A stretch of DNA of 64,000 nucleotides from Eledone cirrhosa (Eukaryota). Within the stretch, counting starts at the first letter, position 1. Every line of letters starts with the position of its first letter. The notes beneath the pieces are model-generated. The model saw nothing but the letters and a program-made list of their open reading frames with translations. It was not told where the DNA came from and did no database searches. The translations under genes and the position numbers were made by a program. Location of the stretch: positions 24,428,001 to 24,492,000 of the forward strand of contig OZ024745.1 in the NCBI GenBank assembly GCA_964016885.1, in the 5' to 3' direction. Below, piece by piece: positions 51,795-64,000 of this stretch.

Positions 51795-53270
51795 GCTGGT
51801 GGTATTGATGGTAGTATAATGGTGGTGGTGTGGGTGGTGGTGGTGGTGGTGGTGTTCGGAGTAGTGGTGCTGGTAATGGTGGTAGTGGTGCTGGTAATGG
51901 TGGTGGTTTTGATGGTAGTATAATGGTGGTGGTGGTGGTGGTGTGGGTGGTGGTGTTCGGAGTAGTGATGCTGGTAATGGTGGTGGTATTGATGGTAGTA
52001 TAATGGTGGTGGTGTGGGTGGTGGTGGTGGTGGTGGTGTTCGGAGTAGTGGTGCTGGTAATGGTGGTAGTGGTGCTGGTAATGGTGGTGGTATTGATGGT
52101 AGTATAATGGTGGTGGTGGTGGTGGTGTGGGTGGTGGTGTTCGGAGTAGTGATGCTGGTAATGGTGGTGGTATTGATGGTAGTATAATGGTGGTGGTGTG
52201 GGTGGTGGTGTGGGTGGTGGTGTTCGGAGTAGTGATGCTGGTAATGGTGGTGGTATTGATGGTAGTATAATGGTGGTGGTGGTGGTGTGGGTGGTGGTGG
52301 TGTTCGGAGTAGTGATGCTGGTAATGGTGGTGGTATTGATGGTAGTATAATGGTGGTGGTGGTGGTAGTATAATGGTGGTGGTGTGGGTGGTGGTGGTGT
52401 TCGGAGTAGTGATGCTGGTAATGGTGGTGGTATTGATGGTAGTATAATAGTGGTGGTGGTGGTGTGGGTGGTGGTGGTGTTCGGAGTAGTGATGCTGGTA
52501 ATGGTGGTGGTATTGATGGTAGTATAATGGTGGTGGTGTGGGTGGTGGTGGTGTTCGGAGTAGTGATGCTGGTAATGGTGGTAGTGGTGCTGGTAATGGT
52601 GGTGGTGGTGGTGGTGTTTGGAGTAGTGATGCTGGTAATGGTGGTGGTGTTGTGATGCTGGTAATGGTGTTAGTGGTACTGGTAATGGTGGTGCTATTGG
52701 TGGTAGTATAATGGTGGTGGTGGTGGTGGTAGTGGTGTTGTTGATTGTGCCAATGGTGGTATACTGGTAATATTGAGAGTTGTGATCCTGGTAATGGTGG
52801 TGGTGTTGTGATGCTGATAATGGTGGCGGTGTTGGGAGTAGTGGTGGTGGTGGTGTTGGGAGTAGTGGTGGTGATAGTGGTGGTGGTGTTGGGAGTAGTG
52901 GTGGCGGTGTTGGGAGTAGTGGTGGTGATGGTGGTGATAGTGGTGGTGGTGTTGGGAGTAGTGGTGGTGGTGTTGGGAGTAGTGGTGGTGATGGTGGTGA
53001 TAGGGGTGGTGGTGTTGGGAGTAGTGGTGGTGATGGTGGTGGTGATAGCGGTGGTGGTGTTGGAAGTAGTGGTGGTGATGTTAACAATCGTATGATGGTG
53101 GGGATGGTGATGATGGTGATAGAGTTTGTGGTGGCAATGGTAATGGTGTTGATTAGTGGTTGTAAGTGTTGGAGTTGATAATGGTATGGTGGTGGTGATG
53201 GCGGTGGAGGTGGTAATCGTCGTGGTAGTGGTGTTGCTGGTGGTGGTGACGATGATGGTGGTAGTGTGGG
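51795..53270. repeat. GGT-rich compound minisatellite
   Basis: Recurring TTCGGAGTAGTGATGCTGGTAATGGTGGTGGTATTGATGGTAGTATAAT with variable (GGT)n, then TTGGGAGTAGTGGTGGTG units. Confidence 0.85.
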
Positions 53271-54200
53271 AGGCTATGATTAAGAAGCATAAAAAAATGT
53301 TCGTATGAACGATTACCGAGGTGAAAATTGAAAATGGCGGCGCATGATGAGTGTTGGGTAATGAGTTGCTTAGAGAAAGTGGAAACTAAAGAGAGGAAGG
53401 GAAAGAATGAGAAAGCAATGTATGGAGGGAAATGGTAAAAATAAATACAGGATAAGAAGAAGTGACAGATATGGTAGGGGATTCTAGAGGAGAGGTAAGA
53501 GGTGAAGGTGGAAGAAATTCAGAAATTACATAGGATTTAACCCTTATGGGCAACAGATAGAGAAAAAACTAGCCATCACACGAAGATACTTGTTAGTTTA
53601 ACTATAAGGCAGTAACAAAGGTCCAGTGCAAAATTTTGTATAATAATGCAAAACTTACGGAGCGATTTAACACGTGGAGTTGAGACACGAAACAAAAACA
53701 ACAGCGACAATAATAAAAATGACTTCTGATTTAGGCACAAGGCCAAAGCTTTTTTTTTTTTGGTGGGGAAGTCGATTAAATTCACCCCAGTGCATTACTA
53801 GTACTTTATATTCCTGAAGGATGAAAGGCAAAGCTAATCTCGGTGGGATACAAACTCAGATCATAAAGGGCCGTAACTACACGCTCTAAACATTATCTGA
53901 CTCTCTACCGATACTTCCAAATAATAAAAATAATAAAATGATTCCTACTATAGGCACAAGGCCACTAATTTGGGAAGAGGGGAAAGTCGATTTAATTGAC
54001 CCCAGTGCATTACTGGTACTTTATCTTATCAACCTGGTAAGGATGAAAGGCAAAGCTAACCTCGGTGCTATTTGAATTCAGAACGTAAAGCACCGCCGAG
54101 GTTAGCTTTGCCTTTCATCCTTGCCAGGTCTATAAAATAAAGTACCAGTAATGCACTGGGATCGATTTAATAACAACAATAATATTAATAATATTAATAA

Positions 54201-54474
54201 TGATTTCATTCATTAACCACAAGGGCCGACATGTAGGGTACAATACAAAGACAGGGACAGTGGGGGCTTTACAATAAGGTCGAGTCAAATTGCATAATGG
54301 CAAGACTATTTTAACAATGAAGATATAAAAAAATATAAAATAAACTATTCATAAATATAACAAAATAAATTTCCCTATAGGGGTGTGGACGACTCAGGGG
54401 TGACTCAGGTACCCCACCAATCCTGAACCACCCTGCCCTTCCATGGCACCTGGGGAGAGCACGCCTATAGGCTA
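54201..54474 (-). mobile_element. 3' UTR fragment of a Tx1-like sister lineage with an ATT-type tail
   Basis: Minus strand GTAAAGCCCCCACTGTCCCTGTCTTTGTATTGTACCC..GGCCCTTGTGGTTAATGAATGAAATC then ATTATTAATATT.., alignable by eye to the family C/D ends; begins AGCCTATAG, like the ORF2 stop context of families A-C. Confidence 0.7.
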
Positions 54475-54944
54475 ATTAATAATTGTTTCTACTTTAGGCA
54501 CAAGGCCAGCAATTACCCAGTGCATTAAAGTACCAGTAATGCACTGGGTAATTGCTGGCCTTGTGCCTAAAGTAGAAACAATTATTAATTAGCCTATAGG
54601 CGTGCTCTCCCCGGGTGCCATGGAAGGGCAGGGTGGTTCTGGATTGGTGGGGTACCTGAGTCACCCCTGAGTCGTCCACACCCCTGCTAATTAATAATAT
54701 TAATAAGAAGAATAACACCAATAAGAAGAAAACAATAACAACGATAATAATTTCTGTGTCATAGAGGAATGAATGTGTAATGATAACTATAATGAAATAA
54801 ATTAATTATGAATTGGATATAAATTATTGATTAAAAACAAAACAAAAACAGTTCAATATATAGAAATATAACCATAATCACATCGAAGACTGGTATGAAT
54901 ATTTAAATTGTAATTTAACCAAATATAGACATGACCTAATTTTA

Positions 54945-55141
<197 letters not shown>

Positions 55142-55145
55142 TATA

Positions 55146-55211
<66 letters not shown>

Positions 55212-55215
55212 TATA

Positions 55216-55258
<43 letters not shown>

Positions 55259-55505
55259 GGAAAAAAGGAAATTTCATTTCTCACTCTTAGTACGGCTGAT
55301 ACTTAAATATAAGTATGTATACGTACATACATATATGTATACAGATGTACAGTAGTATGTATATATATACATACAGGCACACATACATATATGTGCGTAT
55401 GGGTTTACCGAACATTTATTATAATGCTCGGTTTGTTTGTAAACAAACACCCTGAATTATTAGCCGTACAATGTTCGGCAAACATCGTTGCCATTTTGTT
55501 CAACA

Positions 55506-55574
55506 CTGACAAAGGAACGATGAACTAGTTTCTAGCTTATTATCTGTCATCAGCACCGTATACCTTCCTGTCAG
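55506..55574 (-). ncRNA. Hammerhead ribozyme downstream of the Penelope-like ORF
   Basis: CGGTG-CUGAUGA..GAAA-CTAG-UU-CATCG with a distal helix CTGACA/TGTCAG; stem II is partly decayed. Confidence 0.65.
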
Positions 55575-55679
55575 TCAATTGAACGTTTAAAAGTATATAG
55601 TTTCCATATGCATATTGACGGCTGAGCAGCCTAATTTACATATCGAGTGAGTTAGTCGGCCGGGCGAACTGAAAACGAT

Positions 55680-57045
55680 AAATGGAAAAAATGAAATTTC
55701 ATTGGCATTCTTTAATTTGGTCCAAGAGATGGAGTATTTAATATTATTGTCCTTTAAAGACCATATTAATTGTGAAAGTGAAGTTGAAAATTTCTTATCT
55801 GGTTTACTAAAAGAATGTCTATGATTATCCTAACGTTCCTTAAATTTAGATGAAGTGTCACCAATGTAGTTATATATATTATTATTTGTCTTAATGGTGC
55901 ATTTATATACTAGATTCTTGTCAAGGCAATTATTTTGTAAAGGACATTCGGAATTCTTTCTACAATTACATTTCTTCTCAATCTTATTTCCTGACCTTAA
56001 ACTATTCACATTATTATTTACAGGCGTTCTACTATTATTCGTATTTAAACTATTATTATTGTTATTCCCATTAACTAAAGTATTGTTATTATTATTGTTA
56101 TTATTGCTAATTATGTTGGTTCAAATTATGATTTTTACTATTTATTTTTGCTATATTTTGAGCAATATCCATAGTTGTTGAATAAGAAAGTTTAACTGTG
56201 TGTCTATTGAAGATAGAGTAATATTTATGTGACCTAGGGAAGCATTTATCCAAGGCTTTAAAAAATAAGTGCGCTACCTGTGTTTTAATAGCTAAAGATG
56301 CTGGCGGAGCATACCAAATTATAGATCTAGTTCTTATGTTTTTCCCCGATTTATTCCTCAAGTTGTTGTTTTTATATTCATTTTTATTATGATTAGTGTG
56401 ATTATAATTAATATTATTTTCAGTATTTTTTCTATATACTCAATATTATTGTTATATCCAGCTTTATGTAACGCTTCATTATTATATACAGCCTTACTAT
56501 TAAATATGGATCTATTAGCAGATAGCCTGGATATTCGTTGTTGTACACTATTGACTACTGCATTCTTAACACTTTTAGGATGATTAGAATAAAAACTAAC
56601 ATAATTTAAGTTCTCATTGAGTTTATGGAAAGGATAATAAAGGCCAGAGTTCAAATTAAGAGTCACATCTAAAAAATTAACTATTTTAATATTATTTTCT
56701 ACTTCTAATTTCAGGTCGTAATTTAAAAAAAATTCTATAATTACTTTCTTTACTCTATTTAATTCGCTATTATTATGTTTTTCTACATATGTCGTCTCTA
56801 TATAAACCTCCGGTAATCTCCGGCAGTTTTCTATCCATTATGTTAAGGATAAAAATTCCCACAAGATCCGTAACTTGCGCCGAATCAGACGAACCCATAG
56901 TAATGTCAAAATTCTTCTCTCTATCCAATCTAGTCCAAAGATCATTATTAAAATCAATCAAAATTCGCCTTGCTGTTAATATAATATTTATCTCATCACT
57001 AGATAGGTCCGTATGTTTATATGCATATGATAGCGCTATATCCAT
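55680..57045 (-). mobile_element. Decayed Penelope-like element: RT plus C-terminal GIY-YIG endonuclease
   Basis: DITMGSSDSAQVTDLVG, GGLYRDD, FLDVTLNL..YPFHK..YVSFYSNHP, IIWYAPP, IFNRHTVKLSYS, then CLDKNLVYKC..YIGDTS; frameshifted. Confidence 0.88.
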
Positions 57046-57506
57046 TTGAATGAACTTATAATTATTTTTATTTTTGATATTATTGAACCAATCTATGACT
57101 TCACTAGTGCCTTTCCGTTGAAAACAACGGTTTTTTCTCTATCCCCCTCTATTTGATGTTCCTTTATTTTTCTTTATTTTTCTTTACCCCCCCCCCCCCA
57201 CTGTTCCCTTTACTTTCCCCACACCATCCCCCTTTTGTCGTTATTCGTCTTTTCTTTTTTTATATATTTCTTTCACTCCTTCATCCTTTTATTATTTATT
57301 CATTTATGTATGTATTTTTTTTCTTGCCTTTCCTTTCCTTACACCCTCTCTCATATCTCTAACTTGCTCTACGTCCTTTTCTTCTTCTTTAAGTTTATCA
57401 TATTATTTGTGGTATATAAACATTGAGATTTGATGAAATAAATCACTGCCAATACTGGAATTGTATAATCAACACCGTAGCGGTATGTCATATATCAAAT
57501 CATATA

Positions 57507-57572
57507 TTTTATCTGATGAGGGTGTACTGCAAAAAAAAACTACACAGTACCTTTGAAATATATATAATAAAG
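57507..57572 (+). ncRNA. Minimal type-I hammerhead ribozyme
   Basis: TTTTAT-CUGAUGA..GTACTG/CAGTAC..GAAA-TATATA-UA-ATAAAG. Confidence 0.72.
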
Positions 57573-57717
57573 CATATATTTTGATTATGTGAATATCCTT
57601 CATTTGTTAATATTTTGAATAATAAAAACTCCAGGAAAACATTTTTCTATTGAGTGCTTTTAATCTATTGTAAAATTGTATTCATTGAGTAATCAATGAA
57701 CCATATTAATCTTTGGT

Positions 57718-57751
<34 letters not shown>

Positions 57752-57756
57752 ATGTA

Positions 57757-58283
57757 TTTTGCAATACACTTTATGCTTAATTAAAAGCATTTTGAAGACC
57801 GTAAGCTATTGTTTTAAAGTAGTGACAAATTCACTCACTTTGATCTCAGCAAACAGGGGAGATAAGCCGACAAGACTTGTTTCGCTTTGGTTGAAGCTTA
57901 TCAAGGCCAATACATTATATATACATCCATATATATATTGCTATTTCAGAGCTCCAATTCTAATTTTTAATTTCTGCCTGACCAACAACCGCTCTGCATA
58001 ATCAGCTCCTGATTATTTACTAGATTTCTATAAGAATATAACATCAATGATCTCAGTAAACAGGTGGGGTAGTTGGCCTTGATAAGCTTCAACCAAAGCG
58101 AAACAAGTCTTGTCGGCTTATCTCCCGTTTGCTGAGATCAAAGTGAGTGAATTTGTCAGTACTTTAAAACAATAGCTTACGGTCTTCAAAATGCTTTTAA
58201 TTAAGCATAAAGTGTATTGCAAAATACATTATATATACATCCATATATATATTGCTATTTCAGAGCTCCAATTCTAATTTTTA
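57757..58283. repeat. Inverted repeat (57757-57907 / 58074-58222) plus direct repeat (57909-57968 / 58223-58283)
   Basis: Read directly from the sequence; same architecture as 4961-5811. Confidence 0.82.
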
Positions 58284-58331
58284 TATATATATGTATGTGT
58301 GTGTGTGTGTGTTATATATGTTATATCATAA

Positions 58332-59688
58332 TCTATAAAGCTCAGTGTGTGGACATGCTCCTTTGTTATAGAAATCTACGATATAGAATTTCTTCAATTG
58401 AAATTTACAATTCAGTATTCGAAATAGCTTCGATTGCGTCTTGGCACATCTAATTTTTTCAATTTCACCCACAATTACGCAAAAAATAGATAAAACTCAA
58501 TATTTTACGATTTTTCTCTCTCATTTAAACTGCTAAACTCTTTCTACTACCATTCAAAATCTATATAACTTCATACTTTCTGCTACTTTCTCTTTCAAAG
58601 CTTGATGGTGATACTGTCCGTTTTACTCTCTCATATCATCTGCTTACCTCTATCTACAACCCACACATTTTGCTACTTTCTCTTTTATACTTCAAACTTA
58701 CTGATTTATTTACAAACGCATACAAACACATACTCACTTCAAATGATAAAAAAACATTTAAAGCAATTAAACAACGTGCGTGATTTATAACCACACTAAC
58801 TTTTAGTTGCTCAATTATTACATTTCATACGAAACGACAATTATTCAAAAGCAACAGATATATTTATTCAACAACAAGCGATAAATCTTTTTTAAAACCT
58901 CTCAACGAACGTGGATTCTTACAGACTTTGAGTCGAATCGGTTTGAAATTGTGCAAATGTATAAACATGGAACATGTGCACACACACAACAACAACAACA
59001 ATCTGCCTTTTATAGATAATGATAAACAATAATATCCTCTATGAGGTCACTAAACCTGCTAGAAACAGCAGCTAACTCTCCCCCATATCACACCACTCCC
59101 TACTGTCTTAAATTTAGAAAACACATATCCTCTATGAGGTTACTAAACCTGCTAGAAACAGCAGCTAACTCTCCCCCATATCACACCCCTCCCTACTGTC
59201 TTAAATTTAGAAAATATATCTTCTATGAGGTCACTAAACCTGCTAGAAACAGCAGCTAACTCTCCCCCATATCACACCACTCCCTACTGTCTTAAATTTA
59301 GAAAACACATATCCTCTATGAGGTCACTCAACCTGCTAGAAACAACAGCTAACTCTCCCTCATATCACAACCCTCCCTACTGTCTTAAATTTAGAAAACA
59401 CACAGACAACCATGCAGAACAATTCCATCGCAGCTCTGTTGTTCGGCTGGCATCGTCTACGCGCGTGTTGCGCAAGTACTGTGAAACAATGAATGTCAAC
59501 ACTTTTTTGCACACAGATAATATCCATAGGCGAAACTACAATTGTCACTGCTGGCGCAGCTCCTGCTTCCAGGTCTGCAATTCATTCACCCAGTGCCTGC
59601 CAGACAAAAAAGGCCTACCATAAAATGGGTGGTGCAACCTAACTTTGATAACTTAATGACCCCGAGCAACGCCGGGCTTTAATGCTAG
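58332..59688 (+). mobile_element. Non-autonomous Helitron-like element with nested repeats
   Basis: 3' hairpin CCCGAGCAACGCCGGG followed by CTAG|T; candidate 5' end A|TCTATAAAGCTC (the 5' boundary is less certain). Confidence 0.6.
59032..59402 (+). repeat. Four tandem ~93-bp units
   Basis: ATATCCTCTATGAGGTCACTAAACCTGCTAGAAACAGCAGC..AAATTTAGAAAACAC at 59032, 59125, ~59216 and 59309; a diverged inverted relative lies at ~14650-14720. Confidence 0.9.
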
Positions 59689-59726
59689 TATTTATATATA
59701 TATATATAATATATGTTATATATATA

Positions 59727-59771
<45 letters not shown>

Positions 59772-59912
59772 AAGGTTAAACAAGGTTCGATGAATAAATC
59801 AAAGAATTAGTTTTACAATAGATTGGAAGCACTCATCAGAATTGGTTTTCCGGAGTTATTAATATTCATTCAAAATATTAACAAAAATAGAACTTCATTG
59901 TGATCAAGTATA

Positions 59913-59975
59913 TTTTATTATACATATTTCAGAGCTACTGAGCTAACTTGAACAGTACGTCCTCATCGGATAAAA
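59913..59975 (-). ncRNA. Hammerhead motif of the same family as 57507-57572
   Basis: TTTTAT-CCGAUGA..TACTG/CAGTA..GAAA-TATGTA-UA-ATAAAA; the downstream flank is homologous to 57600-57720. Confidence 0.6.
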
Positions 59976-62900
59976 TAAGATGATGCATGACATACCCTGA
60001 CTTAGTAGATGGTTAAGATCCAGTCATGGTAGTGAGTAAGATATGATAAAACTCAATATTTATATACCTTAAGATTGATACATGAAAAAACTTACATATA
60101 ATACATATAATACATATAATACAGAGGGTGCGTGTAAGAAAGCTTAAAAATACATAACAGTAATTTACATATCTGTTAGAGATTCAAATAATTATTGAAG
60201 AAAGAGGAAAGAAAAAAGACAGAGAGAAAACATATGAGGGGAAAATATAGTTAGAAGAGATATAGAGAGAAAAGGAAAATTGACCAAGGAAAGGGAGACA
60301 AAGAGGAATAATTATAATTATAGGGAGGGATGTATAGTTATCTATGATATATATCCATACACAACTATACATTTGGGCATAGGTATGCGATAGAGTAAAC
60401 TCGAATCATAGAATTATTGCATTATCTAGAAATATTCATCAGTCTAACTCCTAAATATAACTGGGTGTAATCAATAAGGGTTAATTTCCTCAGTTAATTA
60501 GTTATATATACTATCCAAATGTGTCCGGTTGACCGTTAACTTTCAAATCATTTAAGTTAGTTCAGAGTAATGAATTAATTAAAGTGTATAATATTTCAGG
60601 CTATAAAAGTTTATAAATATCTGTATTAATATTAAAGTATACTATCATATTTAATTTATGAAATCATATTTTATGAATTCATATTTAAACTATTTGTAAA
60701 CATGAGAGAGAAAACATGCTATTTTTCATCCTCTCGAAGGTAAATCTTAATAATTTTATTATATATTTAATTATTATTTTGACGATATAATTTTAAAATA
60801 ATTCAGATTAACAATTAGAATGCCTTAAAGCATCAAAAGGCCTTATAATTAAAATTTAAAAAAAATTTATTATTAAATTAAATATATGCATTTGTCTAAA
60901 TATAAACAAATATTATATTGTGTAAAGGTTAAGATGATACCTATCATTTATATATAACATAATATAATATAATAAATAAGTTACTGGTAATATTGTTAAA
61001 AATTAAGGTTTTAGATCAATTATTATAATAAGGTCATGTAACAAATATATACTATAAATATATAGAGTCAAACTTCTTGAATCATACGCATAAGAATACG
61101 ATTCAAAGTAAAAAAAATGAATTGTCTGCGATCCTAGATTTTCTTTATAAATTTATATAGTAGTATAATGTGTCTGCAAACATAAGAAAGAGAAAGCCTA
61201 AGGATTTCATTGACCCGAAGGTAAGCCAAAATTTAATTTAATTAAATTAAATAATAATCATTATATAACTTAGAAAATTTAGAAAATATTTAGAATATAT
61301 TTAACGATTATAACACTAGAAAATCATTAAAGTATCTAAAGTACTTATAAATGTAATTAGAGGCATGCTATTATACTAGATATACAGATTTATTCAAATA
61401 TAAATAGAGTATTCCAGATATTAGTGATCGATATACATATAATAAATAAACAGTACAATCATTGTTAGTAATGTTATAATTGAAGTTTTACATCAAGATA
61501 GGTGGAAAAAAGATTGACGACTAGTATCGTGTGTGATGCATATACCGTAAATATATATAAATAAAAATATATAAATCAAACTTCCTGAATCGTAAAACAT
61601 ACTCTAAATAAGTAAATATACAAAAACATAAATGCATGAATGATTTACGGTACATTATAATTGTTAAGCGTATAAGCCATATATTTTTAAAAAATATATA
61701 CAAGAATCCCAGTTAAAAATTCAATATATCTTAACAATCAAAAGGTATGCACATTCCTCAAGAGATCATGTTAACCAAAAATATGTTTATATACCTAAAT
61801 AGGACCCTTTAATCTAACATTAATCATATCATAAAAGAATTAAAAAGTAAAAATTAAAAATTATTAAAGTTTTATAATCTGTTATAACGTTTTAGGTACA
61901 CAGTTGATAAGATTTTTGATGTTGTTGTTGTTTTTTATTGGGGGGGGGGGGCATTTAGTGTTCTTGATATTGTTTTTGGTGGCTAGGTTGCCGACTCTTT
62001 CGCATCTATTTGGCTTTTTTTTTTGTATTGCTTTTATTTGTTTGTTTGCTTGTTTGTTTTTTGTCTGTTTCTTTTTGTTTGTTTGTTTGTTTTGTTTTTT
62101 GCAATGAGACGTTTTGTTCTGTCTTCTGGCATCTTTATTTGATGATAGATAAATTTAAGAGGGAGAAGGACCCAAACTGTTTGGTGCATGTGCGTGTAAT
62201 TGTATCACTTCTGTTGGTGTTCGTGCTGTTCTAGAGCAACTTTTTTCAACCTTTTTACCCCTGAGGAACCCTTGAAAAAGTTCTCATTTCTCAAAGAACC
62301 CCCACATAAAAAACTATTATATACCTTTATTAATATCTATCTCTTTTAGAGATTGAAGCCTTTATTTTAATAAAAGGGTTTTCCAATAATGTGCCGGATG
62401 TGTTTAGTGAAATTACGATTTTAAAATGAAACAAACAATTATTCAAAAATACAATAGCTTATTTATCAGTGTTTCTCGCGAAACTCTTAACGACCTCTAA
62501 TTGAGGTGGATTGGCAGTATTAATAGAGCATCGGACACCATGCTTCGTGGCATACAGTTACGGCCCTTTGCGTTCTGATTTCAAATCCCGCCAATGTTAG
62601 CTTTGCCTTTCATCCTTACGGGGTCGATAACATATAGCACCAGTTTAGCACCGGAGTTGATTTAGTCGAATACCCCCCCCCCCCCCCGTCCCTAAAATTG
62701 TTGGCCTTGTGCCTAAATCAGAAACCATTATTATGTCTACTGTGGATAAAGGATAAAGATCCCATAACCCCTTGTGGAGTCGTAGAAGCACCATCATTCG
62801 GCGTGTCTAGGGCACTTTTAGACCTACCGATTTTTCTATAGAAGAAGAACCGACCCAGTACTGGACTGGTACATTTTTTATCGACATCGAAAGGATGAAA

Positions 62901-63039
62901 GGCAAATTTGACCTCGGCGGAATTTGAACTCAGAGCACGCAATGAAGTGGGACGAATACAGTAAAGCATTCTATCTGACGTCTTGACGACTTTGCCAATT
63001 TGCCGCATATAAATGGGCCCTGGCTGCTGAAATGCTGAT

Positions 63040-63427
63040 CCAAGCAGTGGATGCTTTAGGACAATCCTGGGAGCATATCCCGAACGAGGAAGAATCACCC
63101 AGCATGTGAGCGACTTTGAAGATCTGCTGGCCACGGTGACGAGGAGGAAGTTGCGGTGGTATGGACAAGATCAGACGGACTCGCAAAGATGATTCTCCAG
63201 GGAACCGTGTGGCGGGGAGCGGGGGGGGGGGTAGAAAAAGGTGGGCAGACAGAGGAAACGGTTGACAGATAATATAGCTGAGAGGACAGGAAAGGTGTTT
63301 GCCATAACCCAAGTACTCGCTCATGACCGACAGGGATGGAGGCAGTTGGTGCAACGTTCAACAGTGCAGTGCCCCCAACGACCCCGAAATGGGTTAGGGG
63401 ACAATGATGATGATGATGATGATGATA
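63040..63427 (+). mobile_element. RTE-clade LINE 3' end with a (GAT)n tail
   Basis: DLLATVTRRKLRWYG, LAKMILQGTV, GRQRKRLTDNI, DRQGWRQLV, then TGATGATGA. Confidence 0.8.
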
Positions 63428-63541
63428 TATATCTCTCTCACTCTCTTTCTCTCTTTATATATATATATATCACATACATAACATACATTTAGACGAGAAT
63501 ATGTAAATATATATATATATATACACACACATACATGTAAA

Positions 63542-63582
<41 letters not shown>

Positions 63583-63597
63583 GTACATATATATATA

Positions 63598-63741
<144 letters not shown>

Positions 63742-63862
63742 ATTAGTACATCCATTATATTATGTAACTATATTTATCCCCTTACAGAAACTAATTAGTT
63801 GGAGTGAAAATTTTAGTAAGTAAGTTGATTTTTAATTTTTTTTAATTTTCTTATTTTACGTC

Positions 63863-63953
<91 letters not shown>

Positions 63954-64000
63954 TATATAATCCCTGCCTCTGCTTCTATCTTTACACACGGCATTGGACA

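Noticed and set aside
51771-53087. 438-aa Pro/His/Thr-rich ORF resembling extensin or mucin
   Set aside because: Explained by a GGT/ACC minisatellite; no ATG start and the peptide drifts between repeat frames
60400-61880. AT-rich stretch upstream of the 59913-59975 hammerhead as a decayed Penelope ORF
   Set aside because: I could not recover diagnostic RT or GIY-YIG motifs by eye; a translated HMM search would decide

Overview
Repeat-dense animal genomic DNA; the SINE and microsatellite landscape looks cephalopod (Octopus-like), which is an inference. I could support no host protein-coding gene. The main structure is a pair of head-to-tail arrays (19.8-25.1 kb on -, 32.4-46.9 kb on +) of L1/Tx1-clade non-LTR retrotransposons from several diverged lineages. 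Every copy ends in a (TATC)n tail and sits in a (TATC)n tract of matching orientation, so each insertion appears to regenerate the target for the next. One copy (38829-44543) is full length, with an intact CCHC-knuckle ORF1 and an APE-RT-Zn ORF2. A sister Tx1 3' end carries an ATT-type tail, and the most abundant tRNA-derived SINE has a similar 3' terminus and ATTAT-initiated target-site duplications (TSDs), suggesting a SINE/Tx1 partnership. Also present: about 10 minimal type-I hammerhead ribozyme motifs of the Penelope kind, several in fold-back units; a decayed Penelope RT/GIY-YIG ORF; a SINE whose Pol III A-box is amplified about 75 times as a 29-bp minisatellite; a decaying tRNA-Val array; CRE-, R4/Dong- and RTE-like fragments; mariner and Tc2 MITEs; a Helitron-like element; and a 200-N gap. 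Coordinates were read by eye and may be a few bases off.
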